A stretch of 64,000 nucleotides of DNA from Longimicrobiales bacterium (GTDB lineage Bacteria; Gemmatimonadota; Gemmatimonadetes; Longimicrobiales; Gaopeijiaceae), in assembly GCA_965202805.1 (NCBI GenBank), contig OZ241869.1, positions 3,840,001-3,904,000 on the forward strand, read 5' to 3'. Shown here in pieces: positions 31,603 through 43,914 of this stretch. Positions within the stretch are counted from its first letter, which is position 1, and each line of letters begins with the position of its first letter. The position numbers and the translations under genes were made by a program. A model generated the notes under the pieces. The model was not told the origin of the DNA and searched no databases. It worked only from the letters and a program-made list of their open reading frames with translations.

Positions 31603-31697
31603 TGTACCCGGGCGCGGAACGCCGGTCGGCGGCGGTGTCCCCGGCAGCTCCACGCCTGCGCCCGCGCCCGGGATGCTCCCGTGATGTGCGGCGCTCG

Positions 31698-32885
31698 ATG
31701 ACCCCGGAAGAACGGTCCATCCGGGAGATGACCCGGGAGTTCTCGGACGGTGAAATCCGCCCGCGCTCCGCGGGCTGGGACGAGCATCGCCATCTGGACG
31801 ACGATGTCCTCGGGATGCTCGCCGAATTCGGTTTCCTCGGGATGCGCATTCCGGAAGCGTTCGGCGGTCTCGGGCTCGATCTGATCACATGCCTGGCCGC
31901 GACGGAGGAGCTCGCCCGTGGAGACGGCAGCGTGGCGCTGTCCGTGTCGATGCAGAACGGACCGGTGACCGGCCTCCTGCTCGCGCATGCGTCGGAGGAT
32001 CTGCAACGCGAGTTCCTCCCCGGCATCGCGTCCGGAGAGCGCCTGGTCGCCTTCGCGCCGGGCGAACCCGGGGCGTCCGGTCCCGGGGATGCCGGGGACG
32101 CCATCGCCACCCCGGTCGCCGGGGGCTGGCGTCTCGACGGCCGCAAGCACTGGGTGGTGGACGGCGACAGGGCCGGGGCAGCCGTGGTCTTCGCCCGCTC
32201 GGGCCCGGACGGGGAGACGGGCGGCGGGTTGGGCGCGTTCCTGGTGGACACCGCCGTCCCCGGGTATCGCGTTGTGCGTCGCCGCGAGACCCTCGGGCTG
32301 TGCGCGGCCGAGATCGTCGAGATCGAGCTCGACGGCATGGCGGTCCCCGAGGACCGTGTGATCGGGCACCCGCCGCTCGGCGCCGAATACGCGCAGGAGG
32401 CGCTTCCCCTGTCCCGCCTGGGCGGCGCGGCGGTGGCGCTGGGTATCGCGCAGGCCGCCTTCGAACACGCCGCCGGATACTCCCGCGAGCGCGAGCAGTT
32501 CGGGCGCGCCCTCACGGCGTTCGGAGCCATACGGCACAAACTCGCCGGCATGGCCACCCGTATTGCAGCGGCGCGCGCCCTGGTGCGGGAGACCGCGATT
32601 GCTCTCGAAGCGCCGGACGGGGCAGGGGCAGTCGGCATGGCTTCCTGGCCGGACCACCCCGGCCTGCCGGCGACGCCGGACATGGCAAGGTGGGCGGCGA
32701 GCCACGCAGCGGTATCGGTGGCCCGTGAAGCGGTTCAGATCTTCGGGGGGTATGGATACATGCGCGACTATCCCGTCGAGAAGCTGATGCGCGACGCCAG
32801 CGGCACGGGCATCTGCGAGGCCACGGGCGGCGTATTGCGCATCATCGCGGCGCGCGGGTTCCAGGCCCCGCTTGGCACCGGCTGA
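31698..32885 (+). CDS. Acyl-CoA dehydrogenase family protein with degenerate motifs
   Basis: REQFG and QIFGGYGYMRDYPVEK retained; the FALTEP/GSD, WIT and IYEGT motifs are altered. Confidence 0.85.
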   Translation: MTPEERSIREMTREFSDGEIRPRSAGWDEHRHLDDDVLGMLAEFGFLGMRIPEAFGGLGLDLITCLAATEELARGDGSVALSVSMQNGPVTGLLLAHASEDLQREFLPGIASGERLVAFAPGEPGASGPGDAGDAIATPVAGGWRLDGRKHWVVDGDRAGAAVVFARSGPDGETGGGLGAFLVDTAVPGYRVVRRRETLGLCAAEIVEIELDGMAVPEDRVIGHPPLGAEYAQEALPLSRLGGAAVALGIAQAAFEHAAGYSREREQFGRALTAFGAIRHKLAGMATRIAAARALVRETAIALEAPDGAGAVGMASWPDHPGLPATPDMARWAASHAAVSVAREAVQIFGGYGYMRDYPVEKLMRDASGTGICEATGGVLRIIAARGFQAPLGTG

Positions 32886-32950
32886 ACGGCCGCCCGCGCC
32901 GGCGCGGCTGAGGTGCGGACGCCCGGCAGGAGAGACACAGGGAATTGAAC

Positions 32951-34042
32951 ATGCAGATATTCGAGGAGATGGCGGCCTTCCGCCACGATCAACTGGCATT
33001 CTGGTCGGAGCCCGCGGCGGGCTACCGAGGCATCATCGCCATCCACGACACGACGCTCGGCCCGGCTCTGGGGGGCACCCGCCTGTGGAGGTACGCCAGC
33101 GAGGCGGACGCCCTGGTCGACGCCCTTCGCCTCGCTCGCGGAATGACGTACAAGGCCGCCATCGCCGGCCTGAGTCTGGGAGGGGGCAAATCGGTCATCC
33201 TGGCGGATGAACGCCCATGCGACCGCGAGCAGCTCTTCCGGGCCCACGGCCGGGCGGTGGAGTCGCTGGGCGGGCGCTACATCACGGCCGAGGATGTCGG
33301 CACTTCCGTGGACGACATGGAGTTCGTGCGCGCGGAGACCCGCTGGGTGGTCGGGGTTCGCGGAGGTTCCGGGGATCCTTCTCCCGCAACGGCCCATGGC
33401 GTCTATCAGGGGATCAGGGCGTGCGCGCAGGAGCGCTACGGCGATGCCTCCCTGGAGGGCAGACATGTCGCGGTCCAGGGCGTGGGACACGTCGGATACC
33501 ACCTGTGCGCCGAACTCGCGGCCGAGGGCGCACGACTCACGGTCGCCGACATCGATGCCGCCAGCGTTCAGCGGACGGTGCGCGAGTTCGGCGCCGCCGC
33601 GGTCGACCCGGCCGACGTCTACGACGTGCCCGCGGACATCTTCGCCCCCTGCGCGCTGGGCGGCGTGGTCAACGACCGGACCGTCGAACGCCTGCGCGTG
33701 GACATTGTGGCGGGCTCGGCCAATAATCAGTTGGCCGAGCCGAGGCATGGCAACGCCCTGCAGGAGCGAGGCATCCTTTTCGCTCCCGACTATGTGATCA
33801 ACGCCGGAGGCCTCATCAACGTGTACGGCGAGATTCACGGCTGGTCCGCCGAACGCACGAGAAGGAAGGCCGCCGGGATCTACGATGTCCTGCTGAGCGT
33901 CTTCCGGCGTGCCCGTGAGGATGGCATCACGGCCGCCGAAGCCTCGAACCGGGTTGCCCTGCAGAAGCTGGCGGATGCCCGCCGTCCCGGAAGCGCCGCG
34001 CACGGCTCCCGTGCCCGGCGAGCGGTTTCCATGAGCACCTGA
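32951..34042 (+). CDS. Leucine dehydrogenase (Glu/Leu/Phe/Val dehydrogenase family)
   Basis: [46 protein letters not shown]. Confidence 0.93.
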   Translation: MQIFEEMAAFRHDQLAFWSEPAAGYRGIIAIHDTTLGPALGGTRLWRYASEADALVDALRLARGMTYKAAIAGLSLGGGKSVILADERPCDREQLFRAHGRAVESLGGRYITAEDVGTSVDDMEFVRAETRWVVGVRGGSGDPSPATAHGVYQGIRACAQERYGDASLEGRHVAVQGVGHVGYHLCAELAAEGARLTVADIDAASVQRTVREFGAAAVDPADVYDVPADIFAPCALGGVVNDRTVERLRVDIVAGSANNQLAEPRHGNALQERGILFAPDYVINAGGLINVYGEIHGWSAERTRRKAAGIYDVLLSVFRRAREDGITAAEASNRVALQKLADARRPGSAAHGSRARRAVSMST

Positions 34043-34055
34043 CCCGAGCGAGGCC

Positions 34056-35315
34056 GTGTCCACCGATCATCTGCGTCGTTTCGATCCCGAGATACATCAG
34101 GCCGTTCAGGCCGAAGAGGCCCGCCAGCGGGACCAGCTGGAGATGATCGCCAGCGAGAACTTCGCGTCCCGCGCGGTTCTGGAGGCGACGGGTTCGGCGC
34201 TCACCAACAAGTATGCCGAGGGGCTCCCGGGACGTCGCTACTACGGCGGCTGCGAGCACGTCGACGTGGTCGAGAGCCTGGCTCGGGCGCGTGCCTGCAC
34301 GCTTTTCGGGGCCGACCACGCCAACGTTCAGCCCCATTCCGGGGCCCAGGCCAACCTGGCCGCCTTTCTCGCCTTCCTCCAACCCGGCGACCGCTTTCTG
34401 GGCATGCAGCTCAGCCACGGCGGCCATCTCACGCACGGATCCCGGGTCAATGTCAGCGGAAAGTGGTTCCAGGTATCGTCGTACGGCGTGCGCGAGTCGG
34501 ATGGGATCATCGACTACGATGTCGTGCGCGCGCAGGCCCGCTCGGAGCGCCCGCGGCTGATCGTCGCGGGGGCCAGCGCCTACCCGCGCACCCTCGATTT
34601 CGCGGCGTTCGGGGAAATAGCGCGCGAGGTGGACGCGCTCCTCATGGTCGACATGGCCCACATCGCCGGACTCGTCGCCACCGGCGTCCATCCCAGTCCG
34701 ATGCCCCATGCCCATGTGGTGACCACGACCACGCACAAGACCCTGCGCGGACCCCGCGGCGGTCTCATTCTGGCGCCTGCCGAACACGCGCGCGCCATCG
34801 ACAGGGCGGTCTTTCCGGGCTCCCAGGGGGGCCCCATGATGCATGTGATCGCCGCCAAGGCGGTCGCGTTCCGGGAGGCCCTGGCGCCGGAGTTCTCCCT
34901 CTACACCCGGCAGGTGGTGGCCAACGCGCGAACCCTGGGGTCCGAGCTGATGGAGCACGGGTTCCGCCTTGTGAGCGGCGGCACCGACACGCATCTGATC
35001 CTGGTCGACTTCGGACAGGACGGCCTCTCGGGAGCGCAGGCCGAGGCGGCGCTCGCGCGCGTGGGCATCACAGTCAACAAGAACACCGTCCCCGGGGAGT
35101 ACCGGTCGCCGCTGGTCACGTCGGGGATTCGCCTCGGGACCTCCGCTCTTACCAGCCGCGGCATGGGCATCGACGAGATGCGCCTCATTGCCGGGTGGAT
35201 GGCTCGAGTTCTGCTTCGTCCCGAGGACGAGGAAGTGCTTCGGGAGGTGCATGGGGAAGTGCGCGAGTTGAGCGCGTCTTTCCCGCTCCGCAAGGACACC
35301 GTTCCGGTCGACTGA
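34056..35315 (+). CDS. glyA: Serine hydroxymethyltransferase
   Basis: [39 protein letters not shown]. Confidence 0.98.
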   Translation: MSTDHLRRFDPEIHQAVQAEEARQRDQLEMIASENFASRAVLEATGSALTNKYAEGLPGRRYYGGCEHVDVVESLARARACTLFGADHANVQPHSGAQANLAAFLAFLQPGDRFLGMQLSHGGHLTHGSRVNVSGKWFQVSSYGVRESDGIIDYDVVRAQARSERPRLIVAGASAYPRTLDFAAFGEIAREVDALLMVDMAHIAGLVATGVHPSPMPHAHVVTTTTHKTLRGPRGGLILAPAEHARAIDRAVFPGSQGGPMMHVIAAKAVAFREALAPEFSLYTRQVVANARTLGSELMEHGFRLVSGGTDTHLILVDFGQDGLSGAQAEAALARVGITVNKNTVPGEYRSPLVTSGIRLGTSALTSRGMGIDEMRLIAGWMARVLLRPEDEEVLREVHGEVRELSASFPLRKDTVPVD

Positions 35316-35426
35316 TCTCCCCGTTTGCGGGCAGGGCTGCAATATCAAGTCCTGCAACGGGAAACGTCCTGTCGCCTCGAATGGCCGGGGCTGGCGCTCG
35401 CCGGAGAATCGCTCCAGATTTCTCCC

Positions 35427-35804
35427 ATGAACGACCCGCAGATCGGCGACGACGTCCTGGTTCGCCTCGATGGGCGCAACCCGCGCTTCCATGTCAAGGC
35501 GTATCTGTTCGTGCTCTCCGCCCTGCAATCGGTCTCCGACTCGCTCGAAAAGCGGCGCCATATCTCCGGCACGGAACTGGCACAGGGAGTAAGGCGTCTC
35601 GCTCTCGAGCAATATGGCCCCATGGCGCGCACGGTTCTGGAACACTGGGGCGTCCACGCCACCGAAGACCTGGGTGAGATCGTATTCGATCTGGTCGACT
35701 GCGGGGTTCTCCTGAAACAGGATGAGGATTCTCCCGAGGATTTCAGGGGCGTGTACGATTTCGAGGACGCTTTCGAGCACAACTATCCGTGGGGCAGGGC
35801 ATAG
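35427..35804 (+). CDS. Conserved hypothetical protein (Minf_1886-like)
   Basis: AYLFVL.AL, RHISG.EL, YGPMARTVLEHWG...TEDLGEIVF.LV pattern recognised from memory. Confidence 0.75.
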   Translation: MNDPQIGDDVLVRLDGRNPRFHVKAYLFVLSALQSVSDSLEKRRHISGTELAQGVRRLALEQYGPMARTVLEHWGVHATEDLGEIVFDLVDCGVLLKQDEDSPEDFRGVYDFEDAFEHNYPWGRA

Positions 35805-35870
35805 CCCCGCCCCGACCTGGTTTACTCAACAGGTCTCGTCTCTTCGAGACCATCCGAGAGGGACTGGACA

Positions 35871-36068
35871 ATGTCCGATGAGCGCAGCTTTCCTCCCTGT
35901 CTCAAGTGCAATACGGGGCTGTTGCTCCCCATGTCCGACTACGGACGCGAGGGCGCCCCGATCCGATACAAGGCGTGGGTCTGTTCCAATCCCGACTGTG
36001 GCTACAACATCAGAATCGACAACGGAGAGATCACCTTCGGCCGCAACATCACGCAGAGCTACAAGTAG
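35871..36068 (+). CDS. Small zinc-ribbon-like protein (65 aa)
   Basis: CLKC...CSNPDC, purine-rich RBS (GAGAGGGA), fills the intergenic gap. Confidence 0.8.
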   Translation: MSDERSFPPCLKCNTGLLLPMSDYGREGAPIRYKAWVCSNPDCGYNIRIDNGEITFGRNITQSYK

Positions 36069-36086
36069 TCTCCCCAACTCTTCCCG

Positions 36087-37721
36087 ATGGCGCCACGCGC
36101 GAACAGGAACCGCGGCTCCGGAGGGCGTCGCGGCCGCTCGGGCGGTCCGCGGGCCGCCAGGATCCTCTTCGGCGATTCCGATGTCCACGCTCCCACCGGC
36201 AGCGAAGCGGCATCCTTCGATCGCTTCGCCATCGACCAGTTCGGTGTTCCCGGCCGGACCCTCATCGAGAATGCGGGACGATCGGCCGCACTGGTGCTCG
36301 AGCGCATCTTTGCGCGGGGGTCGGTTGTCGTGTTCGCGGGGTCGGGCAACAATGGCGGCGACGGCCTCGCCCTGGCGCGTGCGCTGGCGGGCTGGGGCCG
36401 GCCGGTCACGGTGGTCCGGGCGTCGGCGCATCCCCCGGATGCCCGCCTGCTGCACCAGTGGCCCCTGCCCACGCTGGACGGGGGCGCCACAGGCGCCCAG
36501 GGTGAGATCGAGCGCGCGACCGCCTCGGCCGGCGTGCTTGTGGACGCAGTGCTCGGCACGGGGATTTCGGGCGCCCCCCGAGCTCCCCAGGCGCGAATTC
36601 TGGAGGGCATGAACCGGGCCCGCACACCGATCCTGTCCCTCGACATCCCATCCGGTGTGGACGCCGATACCGGCGCCGTCCCCGGGGAGGTGGCCCGGGC
36701 CGACCTGACGGTGGCCTTCGGCTGGCCCAAGCTGGGTTCCCTGCTTCAGCCCGGGCGCGCGCACGCCGGTCGCCTGGTGGCTGTGGAGATCGGGTTTCCG
36801 CCCGTGCCGCCCGCGACGTTCGGGGCGGGCGTGGTGACGCCTGCATGGGCGCGGGACGCGCTGCCGATTCGTCGGGCCGATACGCACAAGCACGAGGTCG
36901 GTTCGCTGCTCCTGCTGGCGGGCGCGCCCGGGATGGCAGGCGCGGCAATCATGGCGGCTCGGGCGGCACTGAGGGTCGGGGCGGGATTCGTGCGCATCGC
37001 GAGCGCCCCATCCAACCGATCCGTGCTCCAGGGCGCCGTCCCGGAGGCGGTGTTCGTGGACACGGCCGACCGGGCTGCGCTGGCACGGGCGGCGAAGGGA
37101 TCGACGGCGGTCGCGGCCGGGCCCGGGCTGGGGGTCGCTCCAGAGGCCGCAGCAGCCCTGGAAGCCGTCCTGGAGGCGTCCGGCGACACGCCCTGCCTGC
37201 TCGACGCCGACGCCCTGAACCTGGTGGCGGCGGAGGCGGGTCCCTCCCTCGGCGCACTGGGATGCGCCCGGCCGGTGCTGGTCACGCCCCATCGGGGGGA
37301 GATGAAGAGGCTCGTAGCCGCCGCTGCCGACCTTCCCGATCTTCCGCACCGGCTGGCCCTCGACCGGGCGGCGGCCTGGTCGTGCACGGTGTTGCTGAAG
37401 GGCAACCCGTCGATCGTGGCCACCCCTTCGAAGCGGCTCCTGGTGGGCGGGCTCGGGAGCTCCGATCTGGCCGCGGCCGGGATGGGCGATGTGCTGAGCG
37501 GGGTCGCGGGTTCGCTGCTGGCGCAGGGATGCGGTCCAGCGGTGGCGGGCGGGCTGGCGCTGCATCTGACCGGGGTCGCGGCGGCCCTCGGGCGCGAGGG
37601 TCCCGGGCTGGTGCCGGGCGACGTGATCGCCCGCCTTTCTGACGCGGTTCGGCGGCAGCCGGACCGGAAGAGCCGTCTCGGCCTGCCCTTCGTCATCTTC
37701 GACCAGGAAGCGCCTCGTTGA
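36087..37721 (+). CDS. nnr: Bifunctional NAD(P)H-hydrate epimerase/dehydratase
   Basis: ENAG, GNNGGDG, DIPSG, HK..G, GPGLG, DADAL, TPH.GE, GMGDVLSG; true start uncertain. Confidence 0.93.
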   Translation: MAPRANRNRGSGGRRGRSGGPRAARILFGDSDVHAPTGSEAASFDRFAIDQFGVPGRTLIENAGRSAALVLERIFARGSVVVFAGSGNNGGDGLALARALAGWGRPVTVVRASAHPPDARLLHQWPLPTLDGGATGAQGEIERATASAGVLVDAVLGTGISGAPRAPQARILEGMNRARTPILSLDIPSGVDADTGAVPGEVARADLTVAFGWPKLGSLLQPGRAHAGRLVAVEIGFPPVPPATFGAGVVTPAWARDALPIRRADTHKHEVGSLLLLAGAPGMAGAAIMAARAALRVGAGFVRIASAPSNRSVLQGAVPEAVFVDTADRAALARAAKGSTAVAAGPGLGVAPEAAAALEAVLEASGDTPCLLDADALNLVAAEAGPSLGALGCARPVLVTPHRGEMKRLVAAAADLPDLPHRLALDRAAAWSCTVLLKGNPSIVATPSKRLLVGGLGSSDLAAAGMGDVLSGVAGSLLAQGCGPAVAGGLALHLTGVAAALGREGPGLVPGDVIARLSDAVRRQPDRKSRLGLPFVIFDQEAPR

Positions 37722-38737
37722 GCTCGCTGGGACCGGGCGGGGAGTTCGACCTGATTCGGTCCTTCCTGACGGCCGGACCGCCACCGGGGGCGGAGGTGCT
37801 GGTGGGGTCGGGCGATGACTGCGCGGTGCTCGAATCCGGCTGGGTGGTGAGCACCGACGCCTTCCTCGAGGACGTGCACTTCCGACGCGGCTGGATCAGC
37901 TTCGACGAGGCCGGCTACCGCGCCGTGACCGCTGCCCTCAGCGACGTGGCCGCGATGGCCGCGCGGCCCGTCGGCGTGCTCGTCGCCCTCGGTCTGCCGG
38001 ACGTGGAGGCCGCACACATCGCGGAGGGGCTTCGGGCCGGCATCCGGCGAGCGTGCGAACGCGCGCGCTGCCCGCTGATCGGGGGCGACCTCACCCGCTC
38101 TCCGGGCCCGGTGGTCATGAACGTGGTCGCACTGGGCCGCGCGGATCGCCCCATCCTGCGAAGCGGCGCCCGGCCGGGCGACGAGGTCTGGGTGACGGGC
38201 GTGTTGGGCGCGAGCGCCGCCGCGGTGCGCAGCTGGAAGTGCGGGCGCGAGCCCGATCCGTCGCTGCGGCGGGCTTTCGCCGCGCCCGTAGCGCGCCTCG
38301 AAGAGGCTCGCTGGGTCGCCGAGCGCATCCGGATGACGGCTCTCATCGACCTCTCGGATGGCCTGGCGGGAGACCTGGGCCACATCGCCGCGGCGAGCGG
38401 GGTTGCCATCGTTCTCGACCCGGCCCTCGTCCCCGTCGCCCCCCCGGCGGCCAACGCCGCCGGATCGCGCCGCCGCGCGGTGCCCCTGGCGCTTGCCGGA
38501 GGCGAGGACTACGAGCTCGCCTTCACCGCGCGGCCGGGGTCTGCGGATTCGGCCGCGACCGACTTCAGTCGCCGGTTCGGCCTGTCCCTCACGCGGGTCG
38601 GAATTGTCGCCGAGGGCGCGGACGTTAGACTTGAGGGCGACGGCGCGGACCAGTTCGACCACGGATCCGCGGGCTTCGACCACTTTCGCGCACCGCGATC
38701 CGACGCAGCCGAAGTCGGGCGCTCGGACCATCGCTAG
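37718..38737 (+). CDS. thiL: Thiamine-monophosphate kinase
   Basis: GEFDLI, GDDCAV, SDVAAM, GGD, IDLSDGL, GGEDYEL. Confidence 0.95.
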   Translation: MSSLGPGGEFDLIRSFLTAGPPPGAEVLVGSGDDCAVLESGWVVSTDAFLEDVHFRRGWISFDEAGYRAVTAALSDVAAMAARPVGVLVALGLPDVEAAHIAEGLRAGIRRACERARCPLIGGDLTRSPGPVVMNVVALGRADRPILRSGARPGDEVWVTGVLGASAAAVRSWKCGREPDPSLRRAFAAPVARLEEARWVAERIRMTALIDLSDGLAGDLGHIAAASGVAIVLDPALVPVAPPAANAAGSRRRAVPLALAGGEDYELAFTARPGSADSAATDFSRRFGLSLTRVGIVAEGADVRLEGDGADQFDHGSAGFDHFRAPRSDAAEVGRSDHR

Positions 38738-38755
38738 ACCGGATCGGGAGAACGG

Positions 38756-41128
<2,373 letters not shown>

Positions 41129-41146
41129 CCGGCCCGGGCCTCCGCT

Positions 41147-41207
41147 TCCTCCGCCGGTCAGGCCTTCATCCTCCGCCGGTCAGGCCTTCATCCTCCGCCG
41201 GTCAGGC
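41147..41207. repeat. Tandem repeat, 22-bp unit x ~2.8
   Basis: TCCTCCGCCGGTCAGGCCTTCA at 41147 and 41169, with a 17-bp partial copy at 41191. Confidence 0.9.
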
Positions 41208-41209
41208 GC

Positions 41210-42106
41210 TCAGCCTGAATCTCCCTCCGACCCGGCGACCTCCTTCTCTTCCGTCGCGGCATCGGCGATTCTCCGCACCGCGTCCGCGAGCAACTGCCCC
41301 GAGCTCCCTTCCGGCAGGAGCGCGGGCATCCCTTCGGCCGCCGCCTGCGCGACAGTCTTCGCCGTGCTGGTGGTTCCCGCCGACATGAGCTCCATGGGGA
41401 TGGGAAAGACCGTGGTGGAGTTGTTCTCCGCGGCGATCTCGACAGCCGTCTGCAGGTAGCGCAGCTGCAACGCCATGGGGTATTCCTGGATGACGGCCGC
41501 CGCGTCGGCCAGCTTGCGCGAGGCCTGGAACTCGCCTTCCGCCGCGATCACCTTGCCCCGGCGCTCGCGTTCGGCCTCCGCCTGCTTCGCCATCGCGCGC
41601 TTCATCTCCTTGGGCAGGTCGATGTCCTTGATCTCGACGCCGGTCACCTCGATGCCCCAGGGATCGGTTCCCTCGTCGATGATGTCGCGCACGATCTCGT
41701 TGATGCGCTCGCGCTCGGCGAGCAGTTGATCCAGCTCCGACTGGCCGATGACGCTGCGGAGCGTCGTCTGCGCCAACTGGGACGTGGCGAAGTAGTAGTC
41801 CTCGATCTCGACCACGGCCTTCGCCGGGTTGGTCACCCGGAAGTAGACCACGGCGTTGACCGTAACGCTCACGTTGTCCTTGGTGATGGTGTCCTGGGGA
41901 GCGATGTCCAGCGCCACGATGCGCAGGTCCATCCTCTTCATGCGTTCCAGCCCGTAGGGCACGAGGAAAATGAGGCCGGGCCCCTTGGCGCGGGTCAGCT
42001 TGCCGAGCCGGAACACGACGCCCCGCTCGTATTCCCAGAGGACGCGAAAGCTGGTGAGGAGGCCGGTGGCGGCGACGACGATGCCAACGATCATCGGGAT
42101 GTCCAT
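41210..42106 (-). CDS. SPFH/Band 7 (slipin/stomatin-like) protein
   Basis: [43 protein letters not shown]. Confidence 0.95.
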   Translation of the reverse strand: MDIPMIVGIVVAATGLLTSFRVLWEYERGVVFRLGKLTRAKGPGLIFLVPYGLERMKRMDLRIVALDIAPQDTITKDNVSVTVNAVVYFRVTNPAKAVVEIEDYYFATSQLAQTTLRSVIGQSELDQLLAERERINEIVRDIIDEGTDPWGIEVTGVEIKDIDLPKEMKRAMAKQAEAERERRGKVIAAEGEFQASRKLADAAAVIQEYPMALQLRYLQTAVEIAAENNSTTVFPIPMELMSAGTTSTAKTVAQAAAEGMPALLPEGSSGQLLADAVRRIADAATEEKEVAGSEGDSG

Positions 42107-42210
42107 TCGGATCGCTCTCCCTCGGAACTCGGCGAACGCCGGGCAGGCCCGCTGCCGCCGGGAGTCCTCTCTCGGGTTCAGGAATAATCCGCGGCCCATG
42201 ACGGTACCGC

Positions 42211-42239
42211 TTGACACGCTATCCTCTCAAAACTAGCGT
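42211..42239 (+). promoter_or_regulatory. sigma70 promoter of the tRNA gene
   Basis: TTGACA-N17-TAGCGT, 15 bp upstream of the tRNA. Confidence 0.7.
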
Positions 42240-42254
42240 TTTCGCGATGTCCCC

Positions 42255-42328
42255 GCCGGAGTAGCTCAGCTGGTCAGAGCAGCGGAATCATAATCCGCGT
42301 GTCGGGGGTTCGAGTCCCTCCTCCGGCA
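42255..42328 (+). tRNA. tRNA with CAT anticodon, probably elongator tRNA-Met; CCA not encoded
   Basis: Acceptor stem GCCGGAG/CTCCGGC, D arm GCTC..GAGC, anticodon stem GCGGA/TCCGC with loop ATCATAA, T loop GTTCGAG. Confidence 0.95.
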
Positions 42329-42343
42329 TCGCTTTCCTTCCTG

Positions 42344-42383
42344 CCCCGCAGGGACCTGACCGTCCCGGCGGGGTTTCACATTT
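42344..42383 (+). terminator. Likely intrinsic terminator after the tRNA
   Basis: CCCCGC-A-GGGAC / GTCCC-G-GCGGGG hairpin followed by TTTCACATTT. Confidence 0.6.
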
Positions 42384-42392
42384 GTCCGTGCT

Positions 42393-42421
42393 TTGCCGCC
42401 GTTCGCATGGGCGGATATCTT
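42393..42421 (+). promoter_or_regulatory. Possible sigma70 promoter for the downstream operon
   Basis: TTGCCG-N17-TATCTT. Confidence 0.45.
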
Positions 42422-42481
42422 GGCCGGGCGACTCCCCCCTCGTGGCACAGTGGGGACACCCGAAAAGCGACGAGCAGGACG

Positions 42482-42994
42482 ATGACCGATCTTATCGAGC
42501 GTGAGCTGAGTCGGCGCAAGGCGCGGATGGCTCGCGTGCTTGAGCGGCCGCTGCTGGTCCCGGGCGGGGAGACGGCGCCCGTGTCGCCGAACCGCCGGGC
42601 ATATTATCTGGACGAAGCTCGAGAGCTGTACTGGAACGAGCTGGAGTGGGAGAACATCACCGGGGAGGAGCGTCTCGACGACGGTCCCTTCACCGAGCTG
42701 GCCTTCCCCGGCTTCCTCGCCTTCGTGCGCGGATTGCTGTTGCGCGAATCCATCGACGAGCAGGCAACGCCCGCCGAGCCGCATCCCGCCATCGTCGAGG
42801 AGATCCTGAGCTTTCTGGCGGGCAGGGTGGTGACGCTTCGCACGGAGCTGCGCGAGCAGGACCCCGAGTGGGACGTCGAGCAGAGCACGCGGGAGCTGTC
42901 CATGACCGAGCCGCTCATCGATCTGGTGCTGGCGCTGCTGTACGAGGTCACCCCGGCCGAGCGGGTGCGCCTGGAACGGGCCGCGGCGGATTGA
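42482..42994 (+). CDS. Hypothetical protein (170 aa, acidic, helical)
   Basis: AGGA RBS, typical codon usage, LYWNELEWE motif. Confidence 0.75.
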   Translation: MTDLIERELSRRKARMARVLERPLLVPGGETAPVSPNRRAYYLDEARELYWNELEWENITGEERLDDGPFTELAFPGFLAFVRGLLLRESIDEQATPAEPHPAIVEEILSFLAGRVVTLRTELREQDPEWDVEQSTRELSMTEPLIDLVLALLYEVTPAERVRLERAAAD

Positions 42995-43017
42995 CGACGC
43001 CGGCACCTCGGCGTTCC

Positions 43018-43914
43018 ATGCGTGTGCCCCGGCGGGGATGGCGCCGGCTGCCCGCCCGCCGGCCCGGTCATCCGTATCTGGCGGGTGCGCCTCTGTTCAT
43101 CGCCCACCGCGGGGGAGCCGCGCTGGCGCCCGAGAACACCATGGCCGCCTTCACGGCTGCGGTGGAGCGATGGGATGCCGACGTGCTGGAGATGGACGTG
43201 CACCGCACCGCAGACGGCAGGGTGGTGGTGATACACGACGCCACCGTGGACCGCACCTGCGATGGCCGCGGCGCCGTGCGCGACCTCCCATGGAGCGAGG
43301 TGCGTTCGTTCGACGCCGGGTATCGCTTCCGCGACCTGGCGGGCGAACACGCCTTCCGCGCCCGGGGCGTGCGCATTCCGCTGCTGGAAGAGGTGCTCGA
43401 GACCTTCCCCGCCACGCGATTGAACGTGGAGGCCAAGACGCCCGAGGTGGCCCCGCTGCTGGTCGAGACCATCCGCCGCCACGAGGCGCAGGATCGTGTG
43501 CTGATGGCCGCCGAGCTGGAGGGCGCGCGGCCCTCGCGGCACGGCTATCCGGGCCCGCACGGAGCGTCCCGCCGCCAGATCCGGCTGTTCCACCTGCTGC
43601 ACCGGCGGCCGCTCGGGTTCATGTATACCCCGCGCGCGGACGCCCTGCAGGTGCCGGACGCGTGGATGGGCACGCAGGTGGTCACGCCCCGCTTCGTGCG
43701 CGAGGCGCACCGCCGCAACATTCCGGTGCATGTCTGGACCATCGACGAGGCGGCGGACATGCGCCGACTGCTCTCGTGGGGGGTGGACGGCATTCAGTCC
43801 GACCGCCTCGACCGGCTGGCGCGGGTGCTGGTGGAGGAAACCGGCCGCCCGCCGCCCGCGCTGACCGCCGCCGGCGCGGGCGCCGCCGCGACGACCGGCC
43901 AGGTCGCGCGGTGA
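43018..43914 (+). CDS. Glycerophosphodiester phosphodiesterase
   Basis: AHRGG..APENT, EMDV, HD, NVEAK, HVWTID, GVDGIQSD. Confidence 0.93.
   Translation: MRVPRRGWRRLPARRPGHPYLAGAPLFIAHRGGAALAPENTMAAFTAAVERWDADVLEMDVHRTADGRVVVIHDATVDRTCDGRGAVRDLPWSEVRSFDAGYRFRDLAGEHAFRARGVRIPLLEEVLETFPATRLNVEAKTPEVAPLLVETIRRHEAQDRVLMAAELEGARPSRHGYPGPHGASRRQIRLFHLLHRRPLGFMYTPRADALQVPDAWMGTQVVTPRFVREAHRRNIPVHVWTIDEAADMRRLLSWGVDGIQSDRLDRLARVLVEETGRPPPALTAAGAGAAATTGQVAR

Noticed and set aside
41147..41207. Possible mini-CRISPR array
   Set aside because: Repeats are contiguous with no spacers, and there are no cas genes in the window
42255..42400. tRNA as the integration site of a genomic island
   Set aside because: No integrase, no duplicated tRNA 3' end seen, and the flanking genes are housekeeping
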